DNA of 64,000 bases from Azolla caroliniana (GCA_043228905.1 JBHGNT010000004.1:8432001-8496000); one strand, 5' to 3'. Numbered from the stretch's first letter, positions 10,701-23,595 are shown. Numbers and translations are program-made. Notes: generated by a model from the sequence alone, not told the origin.

Positions 10701-13700
10701 CCTGATTCACCGTGAAGGAATGCAGTCTTCACGTCTAGCTGCTCTACCTCGAGGTCCATGCTTGCCGCTATATTCAGCACCATCCGGATGGAGGTCATCT
10801 TTACTACCGGGGCAAATATCTCGTCGAAGTCCACGCCCTTCTTCTGCTGGAACCCCTTCACCACAATCCTGGCTTTGTATCTCGGGGTTTTGCCGGCATC
10901 TCCCAGTTTCAACTTGTACACCCACTTATTTCGGAGTGCCCGCTTTCCTTTTGGCAACTCCACCAATTCATACGTATGGTTCTCATGCAGAGAATCCATC
11001 TCTTCCTGCATGGCACTTAACCATTTGCGGCTCTGGGTGTCATTCTTCGCTTCTTCGAAGCTTTCTAGCTCCCCCTCATTGGTTAGTAGCACATGCTCTG
11101 CATCCGAAAATCTGCGGGGGGCCCTTCTCTCTTTGAGAGGATATCTCCGTCTTTGGGCTTCGGTAACCGGCTCCTCCATTTTCTCTTCATACGAATTCGA
11201 TTTGGGGTCTTGGCTGGTTCCGGATTCAGCTTCCTCTACTTCTTCTTCTGCCGGTTCGGTATCCTCACCGTAACCTGCTGGTTCCTCGAGTGCTAACCGG
11301 TCTCTTGCCGGTTGGGTCTGCTGATTGTAGAATCGATCCTTACCTGTCGAATCGGAGTTCATTATCTTCTTCTACGACTCCCAGTCGGCGAGCGTCTTGT
11401 CCTCCATGAAGATTATATCTCAACTCCGGAATACCTTCTTGTCAACCAAGTCCCATACTCGGTAGCCGAACTCATCGTCGCCGTAACCGAGGAATATGCA
11501 TGGCCGGGTCTTTGGATCCAGCTTTCCTCTCCGGTCCTTAGCTACATGCACGTACGCGAGACACCCGAATACCTTCAGATGCCGGTAGGACACTTCCTTA
11601 CCAGTCCATACTCTCTGCGGCGTGTCTCCTTCCAAGGGTACTGAGGGTGATCTGTTTATCACATATGTCGCCGTTGACAGTGCCTCAGCCCAAAACTTCT
11701 TGGGTAGTTTTGCATGCACCAACATACTCCGGACCCTCTCCATTATGGTCCGGTTCATCCGGTTGGCCAGCCCGTTTAGTTCCGGCGTCTTCAGCACAGT
11801 AAATTCGAGCCGGATTCCCTTCGAGTGACAGTACTCCTCGAACTGCCACCGGTATTCACCTCCGTTATCTGCTCGAACCGCCTTCAGCTTCCAACCGGTT
11901 TCTCTTTCCACTCTCACGTGGAGCTCTTTGAAGACGAATAGCACCTAATCCTTCGTCTTCAACGGTGTGGCCCACAGCTTTCGGCTGTGGTCATCTATGA
12001 ACATCACGAAGTACTGTGATCCTGCATGTGACTTCGTGTCCAATTGACACACATCAGTATACACCAAATCCAGTGGTGCATTACGTCTCATCGGTGGCCC
12101 TGGTCCGAAGGAGGTCGGGTTTTGCGTACCGGCTAGACAATCAGTGCACTTCCCCAAGTGCACATTCTTTACTAGAATGAGGTTGTCATCTGCAAGCCTC
12201 TTCATCCCCTTCTCACTCATGTGACACAGCCTCTTGTGCCACAACTCACCGGCAGTGTCTGATGCCACGTTCACTTCCTCCGGACATTACCGGGCATTCA
12301 TCAGGTACAACGTGTTTACCTTCCAGGCCCACGCCACAATTAGGCTCCCTTTGCTGAACTTCATAACGCTATTCCGGATGCTACCCGTGTAGCCTTCATC
12401 ATCTAGCCGACCGGCTGATATCAGGTTCAGACGCACCTCCGGAACGTGTCAGACATCCTTCAGCTGCAGCTTGCATCCGGTTGGCGTTGTTAGCCACACG
12501 TCTCCTATGCCGACAATTCGGCATGTACCTTCATTCCCCATCTGGACATAGCCGTGATCACCGGCTAAGTAGGATGAGAAGCATTTCCGGTCCGGGGTAA
12601 GGTCGAACGACACTTCGGAGTTGACCACCCAAGTCATCTCGTTGCTGACAAGGTTTATCTCACTCTCCTCGGTGATGAGCATCAACTCTTCTTCACTTGC
12701 CGCGATTGCCGTCGTTCCCTTCTGGTCCATTCCCCTCCGGTCTTTACCGTTCCAGTCCGGTGTCCGCTTCGAATCTGTACCGTCGGTTTCCTTGTCTTTC
12801 CGGAAATGCCAACAATTCTTCTGAAAGTGTCTTGGCTTGCCGCAATAGAAGCAAGTAAGCCTGCCCCTTAACTTTGACCGTGTACCCGACTTTTCCCGGT
12901 TCTGGGGACTACGGTTTGTATGTCTTTTGCGTTCCGATTCGGTAAGGAGCGCTTTGGAGTCGGAGCTCGTATCCTTATCATTCCGACGCGGCTCCTCATC
13001 TAGCAAGCTCGACTTAACTCTTGCTAGGGATAACTGTTTCCCTTCCGGCCCGGTGTTGCCCAAAGTGACAACCAACGTCTCCTAGCTATGTGGGAGGGAA
13101 CCGAGCAGGAGTAGCGCTAGTACCTCATCGGCGAGAGGTACGTCCAATGATGTTGCCTGGTGGATCAGCCCCTGGAAGGCATTCATGTGCTCTGCCATGC
13201 TAGAGCCATCTTTAAACCGGAGTCTTACTAGCTTCCAGAATATCGAAACCTGATTAACAACATTTTTGTTTTGAAACATAATGCCGATCTTCTCCCAGAG
13301 CTCATGAGCCTTGCTCTCTTCATTGAAGTTGTTTTATAGCCTCATGTCGATGAAGCACCGTATGTCCACCGTTGTCATCATGTGCATCACCTCCCATATC
13401 GTGGCGTCGATTTTGTCTGGTCTCTTGTCCCTGAACCGAACCGACAACCAAAGATCTTTAACCACGAGCATGTCCCTCATCTTCGACTTCCACACCGAAT
13501 AGTTGGAGCCGGTGAGCTTGAACATGCCTCCCAACGAATCGTCCATTTTCTGTGTCGTTTCGCTCTGATGCCACTTTGACAGGAACTACACACTCCCTGT
13601 AGAACGCTCGGCCTCAACCGAGGTTAGAATCAAACACAGAAAATGGGGAATGAACACACGACACAAAGGTAAGAGAAGAGTGCACAAGATGTTTAACGTG

Positions 13701-14902
13701 GAAAACCCTGAGAGGGAAAAACCACGGGAGTCCACTGACTCCAAACTATCACTATATCAAAATGATTACAACAGTGAGTTCACGGAGGCAACAACCTCGT
13801 CCTCACGATCTTCGGCACAGTTGGTGGTTACAACAGAGGCAACGACCTCTTCCTCTCTCTCTCTCTCTGTACACTGTTACGCGCTCTCTAGTCTTGCACC
13901 AACAAGAATGACAACAACTCTATTCTCTGTTTGCCCTAAGTCATATTTATACTAATATGACTTTTCGGCTATTTACAAATATATCCCCGATGGACTCTCA
14001 GAAGCATATTTACAAATATGTCCCCTCATCCGACGGGCCTTCACCATCCGGCTCTTGCCGGGTACTCCTCATCCGGTTCACACCGGGTCTTCCGTAGCCG
14101 GGTACTCCTCATCCGGTTCACACAGGGTCTTCCGTAGTCGGGTACTCCTCATCCGGCGCATGCCAGGTACACCGCATCCAGTTCTCACCGGGTCTTCCGT
14201 AGCCGGGTACTCCACATCCGGTTTCGGCCTCGGCCGAGTTTGCTCATCAGTACTGTTCTTCTTGTTGGGATTTCGGTCCCTCCGGATGGGATGTCCGGAG
14301 ATGAATGACGGCAAGCCCAGTTGCGGTTACGGAGCCGGATGATGAAGACCCCGACTACGGAGCCGGATGATGAAGATCCTGGCTACGGAGCCGGATGATG
14401 AAGACCCCGGTTACGGAGCCGGATGATGAAGACCCCGGCTACGGAGCCGGATGATGAAGATCCTGGCTACGGAGCCGGATGATGAATACCCGGCAGAGTA
14501 CATGGCGGCTGTTGAAGCCGGCAAGGAAATAATATGGATGAAGGACTTCATTAGAGAGCTCGGTATCCGGCAGGAGGAGTACCGACTCTACTGCGATAGT
14601 CTGAGTGCCATCCACCTTGCGAAGAACGCGGCCTACCATTCCCGGACGAAACACATCCAGCGTAGATACCACTGGATCCGGGAAAGAATAGAAGACAAGG
14701 AGTTCGTGCTGACGAAGATCCACACGGACGAGAACGGGTCGGATATGCTGACCAAGGTGCTCACACCCGACAAGCTGGAAGCATGCCGGAAGAGGATCGG
14801 GTTGGAGAGACATCCCATGCCGAAGTGAAGGGGGAGTTTGTTGGGATTTCGGTCCCTCCGGATGGGATGTCCGGAGATGAATGACGGCAAGCCCGGTTGC
14901 GG

Positions 14903-15127
14903 TTACGGAGCCGGATGATGAAGACCCCGGCTACGGAGCCGGATGATGAAGATCCTGGCTACGGAGCCGGATGATGAAGACCCCGGTTACGGAGCCGGAT
15001 GATGAAGACCCCGGCTACGGAGCCGGATGATGAAGATCCTGGCTACGGAGCCGGATGATGAATACCCCGGCTACGGAGCCGGATGATGAAGACCCCGGCT
15101 ACGGAGCCGGATGACGAATGTACCCGG
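14903..15127 (+). repeat. 28-bp tandem repeat (YTACGGAGCCGGATGATGAAGAYCCYGG) in the C3 LTR U3; also at 14327-14493 and 19773-20025
   Basis: Head-to-tail units without spacers. 6, 7+1 and 8+1 units in the three LTR copies. Confidence 0.95.
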
Positions 15128-15623
15128 AGAGAGATCCGGATGCGGGGACATATTTGTGAATATGTTTGCCAAGAGCCCTTGAGGCTATATTTGTAAATAG
15201 CCCGAAAGTCATATGTGTATAAATATGACTTAGGGCAAACAGTTTAAATGTTGTTGCTCATTTTCTGTTTTCCACTAAGAGGGAGCGAAGTGAGAGCAGC
15301 CGAGAGAGAGTGAGAGAGAAGGAGGAAGGAAGAGGTCGACACCTCTGTGTAATACCGCCGCCTGTGGCGAGGACAGCGAGCTCAAGGTCGTCGCCTTGCA
15401 GCTCGCCATTGTACATTCCCGCGTATAGTGATAGTTGGAGTCTTGCACTCCCGTGGTTTTTCCCATTTAGGGTTTTCCACGTAAAACATCCAGTGTGCCC
15501 TTCTCTCTATTGTTTTTCGTGCATTGTTGTATTTCCCGTTTTCTGTGAATCGATCCTGTTCCTCGGGTGTGGCCGAGCACGGAATTTCGACAAAGTGGTA
15601 TCAGAGCGAGGTTAACACAGAAA

Positions 15624-18600
15624 ATGGAAGGCGGCAGCAGCGGGCAGCCGGGGATGATGGTGCTGAATGCGCAGAACTATGCCGACTGGAAGATAAAGAT
15701 GGAGGATCTGCTCATTGTTCGGGACCTGTATGAACCGATCGACAGGTCGGAAATACCCAAGGGGGTACTTGAGACGGAGTGGAGGCTTCTGAACCGGAAA
15801 GCCGTTGCAACCATTCGGCAATACGTCGACGTGAGCGTTCTACAACACGTGGCGAACGACACCAACGCATATGAGATGTGGAGGAAGCTGTCGGGCCTCT
15901 ACGAGAGGAAGAATGCGTTGAACCGGACCTCCCTGATGAGAAAGATAGTGAACCTCAAGTACCGGGACGGCGAGAGTATGGTGGAACACGTAAGCACATT
16001 CATGGGATTCGTGAACCAGCTTGCGGCGATCAAGTTCCCGTTGGAGGATGCAATGCAAGCCATCATCCTGATGTGTACATTGCCGGACAGCTGGGAGAAC
16101 TTGGTGGTGACTCTCAGCACCTCCTGCACCGAAGATAACTTGTCCCTACAAACGGTAAAGACGAGTATTTTGAACGAAGAAGCGCGTCGGAGAGATAAAG
16201 AACCGGCCTCCGACTCGAAGGCGCTGCTTACCGAATCGGAACGGGGAAGACAATGGAACCGGAGTCCGCAAAGACGGGAGAAGTCGGGGACCCGGTCGCA
16301 GTCAAGAGGAAGACCCACATGCTTCCACTGTGGGAAGCCGGGGCACTTCCGGAAGAATTGTCGGCATTACCGAAAAGACAACGGATCCGACGACACCGAT
16401 TCAAAGAAGTCACCGGAGCGAAACGGCGCATACCGGGGAGCCACGGACCGGAGAGGTCCGGATCGGCGAGGGCAGGACCGGAAAGGAACGACGGCACTCG
16501 CGGCAAGTGAAGAGGAGATCATGCTCATCACCGAAGAAGGTGAACTAAACATTGCCGGCGATGAGACTACCTGGGTGGTCGATTCCGGAGCGTCGTTCCA
16601 CCTGACCCCGGAAAGTAGATACTTCTCATCCTACACAGCCGGTGAACATGGCTGTGTTCGGATGGGAAATGAAGGTACGTGCCGGATTGCCGGCATAGGA
16701 GACGTATGGTTGACAACCCCGACCGGATGCAAAATGCTGCTGAAGGATGTCCGACACGTTCCGGAGGTTCGATTGAACCTGATTTCGGCCGGGAGGCTAG
16801 ACGATGAAGGCTACACAGGTAGCATCCGGAACGGTGTCATGAAGTTCAGCAAGGGGAGCCTGATAGTGGCTCGGGCCCGGAAGGTCAACACACTGTACCT
16901 GATGAATGCCCGGTTGTGTCCGGAAGAGTTGAACGTGGCAGCCGACACTGCCGGTGAGCTGTGGCACAAGAGACTGTGCCACATGAGTGAGAAGGGGATG
17001 AAGAGGCTTGCAGAAGACAACCTCATTCCAGTGAAGCATGTGCACCTGGAGAAGTGCACCGATTGCCTGGCCGGTAAGCAGAACCGAACCTCCTTCCACT
17101 CAAGGCCACCGACGAGACGTAGCGCACCATTGGAGTTGGTGCACACTGATGTGTGTCAGGTAGAAACGAAGTCACATGGCGGAGCCCAGTACTTCGTGAC
17201 ATTCATTGATGACCATAGTCGGAAGCTGTGGACGGCACCGTTGAAGACAAAGGACCAAGTGTTGTGCGTCTTCAAAGAACTCCACGCGAGAGTGGAAAGG
17301 GAATCCGGCAAGAAGCTGAAAGCGATACGAGCGGATAACGGAGGAGAATACCGGGGGCAGTTCGCGGAGTACTGTCGCTCGAAGGGAATCCGGCTCGAGT
17401 TTACTGTGCCGAAGACGCCGGAACTGAACGGGCTGGCCGAGAGGATGAACCGGACCATAATGGAGAGGGTCCGGAGTATGCTAGCGCATGCGAAATTACC
17501 CAAGGGGTTTTGGGCTGAGGCGATGTCGACGGCGACATACGTGATAAACAGATCACCCTCAGTACCTTTGGACGGAGACATGCCCGCAGAGAGTGTGGAC
17601 CGGTAGGGAAGTATCCTACCGGCATCTGAAGGTGTTCGGGTGCCTCGCATATGTGCATGTGGCTAAGGACCGGAGAGGAAAGCTAGATCCAAAGACCCGG
17701 CCATGCATATTCCTCGGTTACGGCGATGACGAGTTCGGCTACCGAGTATGGGACCCGGTCGACAAGAAGATATTCAGGAGTCGTGATATCATCTTCATGG
17801 AGGACAAGACACTCGCCGACTGGGAGTCGGAGAAGAAGATTAAGAGCTTCAAGTCGACCGGTGAGAATCAACTCTACGAAGAGCAGTCCCGACCGGCAAG
17901 GGACCGGTTAGCACTCGAGGATCCGGCCGAAGACGGTGAAGAAACAGAACCGGCCGAGGAAGATGAAACTGATACCGGAACCGGCCCCGATCCCGAAATG
18001 GATTCGGATGAAGAGGAAACGGAGGAGCCGGTTACCGAAGCTCCGGAACGGAGATATCCTCTAAGAGAGAGAAGGGCCCACCGGAGATTTCCGGAACCAG
18101 AGCACGTGCTGCTAACCGACGAAGGGGAGCCGGAGAGCTTTGAAGAAGCAAAGCATGACACCCAGAGCCGCAGGTGGTTGAGTGCCATGCAGGACGAGAT
18201 GGATTCCCTGCATGAGAACCACACATATGAACTTGTGGAGTTGCCGAAAGGAAAGCGGGCACTTCGAAACAAGTGGGTGTTCAAGCTGAAACCGGGAGAT
18301 GCCGAAAACCCCCCGAGATACAAAGCCAGGATCGTGGTGAAGGGGTTTCAGCAGAAGAAGGGCGTCGACTTCGACGAGATATTTGCCCCGGTAGTGAAGA
18401 TGACCTCCATCCGGACGGTGCTGAGCATAGCGGCAAGCATGGACCTCGAGATAGAACAGATGGATGTGAAGACGGCATTCCTTCACGGTGACCTCGAAGA
18501 AGAGATCTACATGCAGCAACCGGAAGGATTCGAGAAGAAAGGGAAGGAGCACCTGGTATGCCGGTTGAAGAAGAGCCTTTACGGACTGAAGCAGGCTCCC

Positions 18601-19698
18601 TGGCAATGGTACCGGAAGTTCGACTCCTTCATGACCGACGAAGGGTACCTCAAAACGCAGTCCGACCACTGCGTGTTTGTGAAGAAGTTCGAAGGAGGAG
18701 ACTTTCTAATACTCCTCCTGTACGTGGACGACATGTTGATCGTCGGACGGGACCAGGTCAAGATACGGATGCTGAAGAAGGCTCTTCACCGAACCTTCTC
18801 AATGAAGGACTTGGGTCCGGCGAGGCAAATATTAGGGATGCACATCATCCGGGACCGGAAGAAGAAGCAGTTGTGGCTGTCACAGGAGAAGTACGTGACA
18901 AAGGTGCTTCAACGGTTCAACATGTCGGAAGCAAGACCGGTCGGGTCAACCCTCCCGGCAAACTGCAAGTTGTCCAGCAAGCAAAGCCCCAAGACAAAGG
19001 CTGAGAAGGAGGACATGATGAAAGTGCCATATGCCTCTGCCGTCGGAAGCTTGATGTACGCAATGGTGTGTACAAGACCGGACATTGGATACGCAGTCGG
19101 AGTGGTGAGCCGGTACATGAGCAATCCCGGCAAAGAGCATTGGAATGCGGCCAAATGGATACTCCGATACCTGAAGGGCACGGCAAACGTGTGCCTCCAA
19201 TTCGGCTCCGGTAAGCCCGAACTCGACGGCTTTACCGATTCGGATATGTCGGCTGATGCAGATACCAGCCGGTCCACATCAGGGTATGTGATGACGTATG
19301 CAGGGGGAGCTGTTTCATGGCAGTCGAGGCTGTAGAAGACGGTTGCGCTGTCAACCACGGAGGCGGAGTACATGGCAGCTGTTGAAGCCGGCAAGGAAAT
19401 AATATGGATGAAGGACTTCATTAGAGAGCTCGGTATCCGGCAGGAGGAGTACCGACTCTACTGCGATAGTCTGAGTGCCATCCACCTTGCGAAGAACGCG
19501 GCCTACCATTCCCGGACGAAACACATCCAGCGTAGATACCACTGGATCCAGGAAAGAATAGAAGACAAGGAGTTCGTGCTGACGAAGATCCACACGGACG
19601 AGAACGGGTCGGATATGCTGACCAAGGTGCTCACACCCGACAAGCTGGAAGCATGCCGGAAGAGGATCGGGTTGGAGAGACATCCCATGCCGAAGTGA
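15624..19698 (+). pseudogene. C3 gag-pol polyprotein (Tnt1-like), nearly intact
   Basis: Gag, CCHC knuckle, WVVDSGAS, integrase (HTDVC, DNGGEY, AERMNRT), RT (YVDDML) and RNase H. A 1-bp insertion near 17584 and a CAG>TAG at 19333-19335. Confidence 0.93.
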
Positions 19699-21496
19699 AG
19701 GGGGAGTTTGTTGGGATTTCGGTCCCTCCGGATGGGATGTCCGGAGATGAATGACGGCAAGCCCGGTTGCGGTTACGGAGCCGGATGATGAAGACCCCGG
19801 CTACGGAGCCGGATGATGAAGATCCTGGCTACGGAGCCGGATGATGAAGACCCCGGTTACGGAGCCGGATGATGAAGACCCCGGCTACGGAGCCGGATGA
19901 TGAAGATCCTGGCTACGGAGCCGGATGATGAATACCCCGGCTACGGAGCCGGATGATGAAGACCCCGGCTACGGAGCCGGATGATGAAGACCCCGGTTAC
20001 GGAGCCGGATGACGAATGTACCCGGAGAGAGATCCGGATGCGGGGACATATTTGTGAATATGTTTGCCAAGAGCCCTTGAGGCTATATTTGTAAATAGCC
20101 CGAAAGTCATATGTGTATAAATATGACTTAGGGCAGCCGAGAGAGAGTGAGAGAGAAGGAGGAAGGAAGAGGTCGACGCCTCTGTGTAATACCGCCGCCT
20201 GTGGCGAGGACAGCGAGCTCAAGGTCGTCGCCTTGCAGCTCGCCATTGTACATTCCCGCGTATAGTGATAGTTGGAGTCTTGCACTCCCGTGGTTTTTCC
20301 CATTTAGGGTTTTCCACGTAAAACATCCAGTGTGCCCTTCTCTCTATTGTTTTTCGTGCATTGTTGTATTTCCCGTTTTCTGTGAATCGATCCTGTTCCT
20401 CGGGTGTGGCCGAGCACGGAATTTCGACACTTCTAACTTCCCATCCGGAGGGACTTGTTTCCTAACAACAGCCACAATTGTTTCTTCAACCCGTCCCAGA
20501 TTATGTGCATTCCCAAAATCTGTCTTGCAGGACCCATATCTTTCATTATGAATGACCAGTTGAAGGCCTTCTTTTGCATTCCGATTTTGATATGGTCCTG
20601 CACGACGATCAACATGTCGTCCATGTACAACAGTAGTAGGAATTCTCCTCCATCAAAATTCTTCATGAATACACAGTGTTCGCCCTGCGTCTTGTGGTAT
20701 CCTTGATCGGTCATGAAGAAGTCGAACTTGTGGTACCATTGTCGGGGGGGTTGCTTTAGTCCGTATAAGCTCTTTTTCAACCGGCACACTAGGTTCTCCT
20801 TCCCTTTCTTGACGAATCCTTCTGGTTGTTGATGTAGATCTCTTCTTCGAGGTCGCCATGTAGGAACACCATCTTGACGTCTAGTCTCTCTACCTCAATG
20901 TCCATGCTTGCCGCTATGCTCAACAGCATCCGGATGGTTGTCATCTTCACTACCGGGGTGAAGATCTCATCGAAATTCATTCCTTTCTTCAGTTGGAATC
21001 CCTTCACCAAAATGCGGGCTTTGTATCTCGATGGATTTCCGGTGTCTCCCGGTTTCATCTTGTACACCCACTGTTTCGGAGTGCGCAACTCCGTCAATTC
21101 ATATGTGTGGTTCTCATGCAGGGAATCCATCTCATCTTGCATGGCATTTAACCACTTGCGGCTATGGGTGTCTTTCTTTGCTTCTTTGAAGCTTTCTAGC
21201 CCTCCCTCGTTGTCAATATTACATGCTCTACATTAGGAAATCTCCAAGGGGGGAGGGGGCGGGGGGGCTTCTCTCTCTTAGAGGGTATCTCTGTCCTTCA
21301 TTTTTGTTGAGCAAGCAAGGTCAACCAGATCCAAATCAGTATTCGAAACCTGTAGCTTAACCGAAGAACCCGATTGTACTCCGAAATAGTGAGAACAAGA
21401 ACACCGTTTCCCAAGCTCATCAGTTATCCGTAAGAAAACTCCCATGTTGGGATAAGAGATTAGTATGAAGGGAGGGAGATGAAAATTGGTTCAAAC

Positions 21497-21848
21497 TGTC
21501 AAGATCAGTACTAAGACAAAGAAGGCATTAGTACTAAAAGATGAGGATTAGTACTAAGGGAAGTGTAGAACTCTCGAGAGACGGAAAGAGTGAGTGAGAG
21601 AGAGAGAGATCGAGAGAGAGTGATGATAACAAAAGATATATATTATGTTAAGAGAATATACAATAGTAGCGAGGAGGGTTAAGATTGGCATTGAACCGAT
21701 TTAGTTCAAAATAATGCCTTGTGCCTCCTTTTATAGTGTTCTCAGGAGTACTCCTGAAGTTTCTAGAATGTTCCAAAGAAATCTAGAATATACATCAATT
21801 TTCTATAATAAAACTTAAATGAAAAATAATATTCTTTGTATTACAACA
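21497..21848 (-). mobile_element. Probable solo or remnant LTR
   Basis: Starts TGTCAAG, has TATA (CTATAAAAGG) on the minus strand, and matches 1793-1962. The right end and TSD are uncertain. Confidence 0.5.
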
Positions 21849-21849
21849 T

Positions 21850-21910
21850 ATAGTCTAATGGTCAAGAGTTCGACCCATGTAACATAAGGTCATGGGTTTG
21901 AGTCTTGCCA
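21850..21910 (+). other. Degenerate tRNA-like/SINE-like Pol III unit
   Basis: A-box-like TAGTCTAATGG and B-box-like GGTTTGAGTC at tRNA-like spacing. No convincing cloverleaf. Confidence 0.35.
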
Positions 21911-21959
21911 TATCATGACAGATGGTGGGTGGCTTTGGTGTCAAAGTACCATAATCTTT

Positions 21960-23579
21960 CCATTTCAATTTTGTTAGTTTGTACTTTTGACATGAATGCT
22001 TGTATGAAGGATGTGTCTTCTTCTTCATTAGATATTAATGCAGAATGTGCTTGGCCATTGAACTTTTTACCTCTGTTTCTTTAACCATATTGCTTCCGGT
22101 GACATTCTCTTTCCATATGTCCCGGTTTGTTGCAATATCTTCATATGATTGTAGAATCATTGAGTGCTCCTGGCTTTGATGGTTGATTTGGTTTGTATGA
22201 CTTTGAAACTTTTGAAATCTTGGCTTTCAAAAGTTGGATTTTTGAAATATTGTAATTGCGCTCATTGCCATTGATCTATCGTTGTGTTTCGCCTTGCCCT
22301 TAATTCTTCAAATCTCTTCTCTTTTCACTTTTAGGAACATATTCTTCATGTTTCAAGTGTTGTCATCATTTCCATGTATGGTGACAAAGGTGTCCCATGA
22401 ATCTGGTAAAGCACACAAAATTAAATCAAATTTCATATCTTCATCAATTTTATTATTTGCTGATAGTGCTTGCTTGGGGGCTAACTGCCATTTCCTGATA
22501 AATGCATCAATTCCTTCACTTTCTTCCATTTACAATGTGACAAGGTGTCTCATAATTGCGCTCATTGCCATTGATCTATCGTTGTGTTTCGCCTTGCCCT
22601 TAATTCTTCAAATCTCTTCTCTTTTCACTTTTAGGAACATATTCTTCATGTTTCAAGTGTTGTCATCATTTCCATGTATGGTGACAAAGGTGTCCCATGA
22701 ATCTGGTAAAGCACACAAAATTAAATCAAATTTCATATCTTCATCAATTTTATTATTTGCTGATAGTGCTTGCTTGGGGGCTAACTGCCATTTCCTGATA
22801 AATGCATCAATTCCTTCACTTTCTTCCATTTACAATGTGACAAGGTGTCTCAAGGTGTTGATCTTTGTTGTTTTGTCTGAGGGTTCATGGCATTCCTTCA
22901 AGGCATCCCATATTTCTTTTGATGTTTCTAAATCTTTTACAAAATCTATTTGTTCATTGGTTAGATGCATAACTAATTCCATGCATGCATCTAAATCTTT
23001 TTTTTTTCTATTTTATTGATTCTGGGATGGTTGTAGGCTTTGATATTAAACCTTTCACAATGTCGATTATTTGTGCTCTTTCGAGGATTAGAGTCATCCT
23101 TAATTTCCACATTCTATAATTTTTGTCATTGAGTTTCTCCATGGTGTATTTTCATGTCTTTGACGTTGTTTTGTTTGGTGGACTTCTGTTAGACTCCATC
23201 GTTGTAGATCTTCCGGATCGATCTTCTTGATGGTTGTTCCTTAATTCCTATTGGAAGGCTCTAATACCAAGTAGGAATTTAAAGTACTATCTAACAAAGG
23301 ATAACAAGTTGATACATATGACTTAACATTATGAAGAAAGAAAGATTACATTGTATTCATGGTAGATGTTACATTTAATAGGCAATAGAGATCATAGGGA
23401 AGTTTGTAATGGGAATGTTCATTGTGTTCAAAACTCACATGAATATAACTTTCTAACTAATAGTTGTGTGAACAAAAGTCACGTTAATAGGTAGTTACAT
23501 TCGTTATTTTTATTTTCTTTATTTATGATATACTTGTCATTTATAATAACGTCTTATTTCTAATATTAATATTCTAACA
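21960..23579 (-). mobile_element. Degraded AT-rich copia 5' fragment (LTR 23270-23579, PBS ~23259-23269, gag with CCHC near 22100)
   Basis: TGTTAGAAT...ATTCCTAC followed by TGGTATTAGAG. Knuckle remnant YCNKPGHMEREC. Confidence 0.8.
22253..22852. repeat. 300-bp tandem duplication inside the copia gag remnant
   Basis: 22253-22552 appears identical to 22553-22852. Confidence 0.95.
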
Positions 23580-23595
23580 ATAGACCCAATCTTAT

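Larger units (their letters stand above)
14263..20429 (+). mobile_element. Young copia element C3 with three LTR copies (partial 14263-~14492, 14839-15592, 19709-20429), inserted in the 5' LTR of C2
   Basis: Perfect TSD CTTCT (14258-14262 / 20430-20434). TGTTGG...TTCGACA termini. PBS TGGTATCAGAGC at 15596. PPT AGGGGGAG before both 14839 and 19709. Confidence 0.95.
8623..20467 (-). mobile_element. Copia element C2: composite 3' LTR 8623-9588, PPT ~9589-9600, degenerate gag-pol 13546-9600, PBS 13563-13573, 5' LTR 13577-14262 + 20435-20467
   Basis: TSD ACAAC (8618-8622) / ACAGC (20468-20472). Copia order gag-PR-IN-RT-RH, with YVDDM, many stops and an internal RT deletion near 10710. Confidence 0.9.
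2663..21295 (-). mobile_element. Old copia element C1 (RT/RNase H) in three pieces: 2663-3200, 8303-8622, 20468-~21295; host of the nest
   Basis: PPT remnant at 2680-2690. The coding sequence rejoins across both insertions (GTC..FGS across 3200/8308; KQLWL|SQEKY across 20468/8622) with 5-bp duplications. Confidence 0.85.

Noticed and set aside
17575-17606. Programmed frameshift in C3 pol
   Set aside because: It falls within integrase and is a single extra C relative to the in-frame paralog at ~11620. Copia gag-pol is normally one frame.
10540-19760. Numerous overlapping 60-200 aa ORFs on alternative frames and strands
   Set aside because: They are shadow ORFs of GC-rich copia coding sequence with no recognisable motifs.
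14327-20025. 28-bp repeats resembling a CRISPR array
   Set aside because: Units are contiguous with no unique spacers, lie inside LTRs, and there are no cas genes. The context is eukaryotic.
21247-21268. G-rich runs as functional G-quadruplexes (also 41115-41135)
   Set aside because: They look like homopolymer expansions in dead TE coding sequence and are absent from the paralogous copy.
1793-21655. Large inverted repeat as termini of one giant element or an inversion
   Set aside because: The copies are diverged fragments of a dispersed LTR family with no shared TSD.
22282-23019. 245-aa plus-strand ORF with internal repeat
   Set aside because: It is the antisense shadow of copia gag, lengthened by the 300-bp duplication.
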